Shown here: positions 56,615-64,000 of the stretch, one piece after another
How the letters are laid out: every line of letters starts with the position of its first letter
Numbering within the stretch: position 1 is the stretch's first letter
DNA from: the human T2T-CHM13v2.0 reference genome, Homo sapiens
Direction: 5' to 3' (one strand)
Assembly: GCF_009914755.1 (NCBI RefSeq)
Contig: NC_060926.1
DNA: 64,000 nucleotides
Notes under the pieces: model-generated
What the model was told of the DNA's origin: nothing
Databases searched by the model: none
What the model saw: only the letters and a program-made list of their open reading frames with translations
Translations under genes and position numbers: made by a program

Positions 56615-56911
56615 AATTATCATAACACATTTCTTAACTATTGTCAAAGACAAGCTACAGTTGAATGGGAAGAAAAAGGAAAAACTTTCTTCAAATGAAG
56701 CAAACGCGTCATACCACTGATGTTTCCGTAACCATTTGATAGGTTATTTCTCCAAGGTATGTGAGAGGGACCATTGCTCATTCTTGAGAGTCAAAAATAT
56801 GATACAATGGGGCTGGTAGAAGATTATTTTAGTAGTCCCAGTGTAAGGAAAATTGAAGTGGAAGAGAGCTTGTCAATGAGGCCCTTTTTCTTTCAAATTT
56901 CCCACACCCCT

Positions 56912-57276
56912 TGATATGGTTTGGCTGTGTCCCCACCCAAATTTCATCTTGCATTGTAGCTCCCATAATTCCCATGTGTCATGGGAGGCACCTAGTGGGA
57001 GGTCAATTGAATCACGGAAGTGGGTCTTTCCCATGCTGTTCTCGTGATAGTAAATAAATCTCACAAGATCTGATGGTTTTATAAAGGGGAGTTCCCCTAC
57101 ACAAGCTCTCTTGCCTGCTGCCATGTAAGACGTGACTTTGCTCCTCATTTGCCTTCTGCCATGATTGTGAGGCCTCCCCAGCCATGTGGAAATGCGAGTC
57201 AATTAAACCTCTTTCCTTTATAAATTACCCAGTCTCGGGTATGTCTTTATTAGCAGCATAAGAACAGACTAATATA
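56912..57276 (+). mobile_element. THE1 (C-like) solo LTR
   Basis: TGATATGGTTTGGCTGTGTCCCCACCCAAA...AACAGACTAATATA; TSD CCCCT/CCGCT. Confidence 0.94.
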
Positions 57277-57304
57277 CCGCTCCAGGAGGCAGTTGAAGTA
57301 ATAA

Positions 57305-57590
57305 GAGCAGCAGCAGCAGCAGCAGCAATAACAACAATAATAGTAATAGATGATATTTATTGAGTGCTTGCCTTGTCCAGGAAATTTTTTAAGATCTTTA
57401 TATATATTAACTCTTTTAATCTTCAAATTTCCTGTATGATAGGTACTCTGGTTATCATTCTCATTTTACAGCTAAAAAAAAGAGACTCAGGGAAGGTAAC
57501 TTGCTGAAGGTTACACTGTAAGCAAGTGGCAGAGCAAGTTTTTGAATCCAGGCTTACTCCAGAGTCTGTGTAAGTAATCACCTTCTATAT
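57305..57590 (-). mobile_element. MIR preceded by (AGC)7 and (AAT)n
   Basis: ATTTATTGAGTGCTT...CTCATTTTACAG...GTAACTTGCTGAAGGTTACAC. Confidence 0.75.
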
Positions 57591-57954
57591 TATTTCTAAT
57601 CTTTGCATAACGTAATAAGGACCTGATTCAGGGCTTGCATATTAGCTGGAGAAGTGGAAAAGAAGGAGGAATGGAAATGCAAAGAACTCTGCAGAAAAAA
57701 AATCCCCAGACCAAGATGATGGCATCAGTGTGGGCAATGAGAGAGTCTGAAAATAGTCACACTATAAAGGGTCTCGCAAGTCAGTCTAGTCTTGTGGTTT
57801 CAGACCTGGCTGAGCATCAGAATCAACCTGGGATTTATTAAAACACAGATTCCTAGAATCCTCCATAAGATGACCAAATCAGACCTACTCAATCAACATC
57901 TCCAGGGCTAAAACACTTTTTAAAAGCCCTCCAATCTTATATCTAGCCTAACAA

Positions 57955-58690
57955 AAAGTTAAAGTCTGACACTACTAACTTTTGATGAAGATGTGTAACA
58001 ACAGGAACTCTTATGCACTTTGGACAAAGATGTATAACAGGAGCTCTTACACACTGCTAGTGGTAGTGTAATTTGGGATAAGTACTTGGGAAAAAATTGG
58101 CACATACCCTATCATTTAGCAACTATATTTCTGCATATAAAACCGACAGAAATTCTTGCCTGTATGCACATGAAAATAAGAACAAACAAGAATGCATAAA
58201 ATAGCATTTTTTATGTTAGCAATAAAATGTAAACAAATGTCCATCAACGGGGAAAAGATAAATAAATTGTGGTATAGTCACACAATGGGCTACTACTGTA
58301 CATGAGTGAAAATTAGTAAACTATAGTTGCATTCAGCATGGATAAATATCACAAAATAATATATAACAAAAAGAACAAGTCGCAGAAGCATATATACAAT
58401 ATGACTTCATTGATATATTTGTTCAAAAACAAGCAACATCAAACAGTATTTTTAAGAATATATTTATATGTAGTCAAATTGTAACAGAAAGCAAAGGAAT
58501 AGTAAAATTCAGGACAATGGTTACCTTTGGAGGAAGGGTGTCCTATGTGTGAATAGTGTATGGGGACTTTAAAGATAATGTTCTATTTTTTTTTAGGTGA
58601 GTGGTGAATATGCATGCATTTGTCATTTTATAAACTGGTCATATGCATTATATAGCTTGTATGTATTATGGCATTCATAATTTTTTAAAT
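57955..58690 (+). mobile_element. L1ME-like 3' fragment
   Basis: AAATGTCCATCAACGGGGAAAAGATAAATAAATTGTGGTATAGTCACACAATGG...AATTCAGGACAATGGTTACCT. Confidence 0.75.
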
Positions 58691-58734
58691 GTAAAAAAAT
58701 GGTTCAAGATATGAGGTATTTTTTTTTCTAAATA

Positions 58735-59207
58735 ATTTTTATTCATTTATTTATTTATTTTTATTATTATTATACTTTAAGTTTTAGGGTACATGTGCAC
58801 ATTGTGCAGGTTTGTTACATATGTATACATGTGCCATGTTGGTGTGCTGCACCCATCAACTGGTCATTTAGCATTAGGTATAACTCCCAATGCTATCCCT
58901 CCCCCCTCCCCCCATCCCACAACAGTCTCCGGTGTGTGATGTTCCCCTTCCTGTGTCCATGTGTTCTCATTGTTCAATTCCCACCTGTGAGTGAGAACAT
59001 GTGGTGTTTGGTTTTTTGTCCTTATGACAGTTTGCTGAGAATGATGGTTTCAAGCTTCATCCATGTCCCTACAAAGGACATGAACTCATCCTTTTTTATG
59101 GCTGCATAGTATTCCATGGTGTATATGTGCCACATTTTCTTAATTCAGTCTATGATTGTTGGACACTTGGGTTGGTTCCAAGTCTTTGCTATTGTGAATA
59201 GTGCTGC
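58735..59207 (-). mobile_element. 5'-truncated L1PA (PA4-like) 3' end, ~470 bp
   Basis: ATTATACTTTAAGTTTTAGGGTACATGTGCAC; older-type variants CAGGTTTGTTAC, GATGTTCCCC, GTGTTCTCATTG. Confidence 0.9.
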
Positions 59208-59464
59208 AAAGGTGGCAATCTTTTTTTTTTTTTCTTTGCTTTCTTTTTTTAAATTTTTTATTATACTTTAAGTTCTAGGGTACATGTGCACATTGTGCAG
59301 GTTAGTTACATATGTATACATGTGCCATGCTGGTGCGCTGCACCCACTAACTCGTCATCTAGCATTAGGTATATCTCCCAATGCTATCCCTCCCCCCTCC
59401 CCCCACCCCACAACAGTCCCCAGAGTGTGATATTCCCCTTCCTGTGTCCATGTGATCTCATTGT

Positions 59465-63306
<3,842 letters not shown>

Positions 63307-63354
63307 TTATTTTGCTCGTTAGTTGATGCAGTTTCGTCCTAGTCTTGATGGTCT

Positions 63355-64000
63355 TTACATTTTGGCATGATTTTGCAGCGGCTGGTACCGGTTGTTCCTT
63401 TCCATGTTTAGCGCTTCCTTCAGGAGCTCTTTTAGGGCAGGCCTGGTGGTGACAAAATCTCTCAGCATTTGCTTGTCTGTAAAGGATTTTATTTCTCCTT
63501 CACTTATGAAGCTTAGTTTGGCTGGATATGAAATTCTGGGTTGAAAATTCTTTTCTTTAAGAATGTTGAATATTGGCCCCCACTCTCTTCTGGCTTGTAG
63601 GGTTTCTGCCGAGAGATCCGCTGTTAGTCTGATGGGCTTCCCTTTGTGGGTAACCCGACCTTTCTCTCTGGCTGCCCTTAACATTTTTTCCTTCATTTCA
63701 ACTTTGGTGAATCTGACAATTATGTGTCTTGGAGTTGCTCTTCTCGAGGAGTATCTTTGTGGCGTTCTCTGTATTTCCTGAATCTGAATGTTGGCCTGCC
63801 TTGCTAGATTGGGGAAGTTCTCCTGGATAATATCCTGCAGAGTGTTTTCCAGCTTGGTTCCATTCTCCCCATCACTTTCAGGTACACCAATGAGACGTAG
63901 ATTTGGTCTTTTCACATAGTCCCATATTTCTTGGAGGCTTTGCTCATTTCTTTTTATTCTTTTTTCTCTAAACTTCCCTTCTCGCTTCATTTCATTCATT
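63355..64000 (-). CDS. ORF1: L1 ORF1p C-terminal part (open over the visible 214 aa; start lies outside the window)
   Basis: EQSLQEIWDYVKRPNLRLIGVPE...ARREWGPIF...YPAKLSF...RYQPLQNHAKM. Confidence 0.93.
   Translation of the reverse strand, partial: MNEMKREGKFREKRIKRNEQSLQEIWDYVKRPNLRLIGVPESDGENGTKLENTLQDIIQENFPNLARQANIQIQEIQRTPQRYSSRRATPRHIIVRFTKVEMKEKMLRAAREKGRVTHKGKPIRLTADLSAETLQARREWGPIFNILKEKNFQPRISYPAKLSFISEGEIKSFTDKQMLRDFVTTRPALKELLKEALNMERNNRYQPLQNHAKM

Noticed and set aside
57305-57327. (CAG)7 as a polyglutamine or disease repeat
   Set aside because: Short, non-coding, and part of a MIR-adjacent simple-repeat tail

Overview
Human genomic DNA, judged by a human-specific AluYb8 at 19062. 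The window is intronic or intergenic, and I recognise no cellular protein-coding gene. The only genuine protein-coding sequence is a young, inactivated L1PA2-like LINE-1 on the minus strand from 59220 to the window end (ORF1 partial, ORF2 broken into four pieces). The rest is a mosaic of L1s of several ages, nine Alus, THE1/MLT1/MLT2 LTRs, L2, MIR, hAT/mariner/Tigger DNA elements and microsatellites. A ~17 kb Alu-free, repeat-poor block (about 27.3-44.4 kb) holds CpG-retaining, motif-dense patches and candidate non-coding exons. The most notable structural observations are a twin-primed 5'-inverted L1 with visible TSD and priming microhomology, a tail-less and TSD-less L1 fragment insertion, a micro-inversion in an Alu, a 38-bp dispersed duplicated motif, unexplained inverted repeats and hairpins, and a TALE (MEIS/TGIF) motif cluster. 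I found no evidence for a new coding system. Subfamily calls come from recalled consensus sequences and need RepeatMasker/Dfam confirmation.
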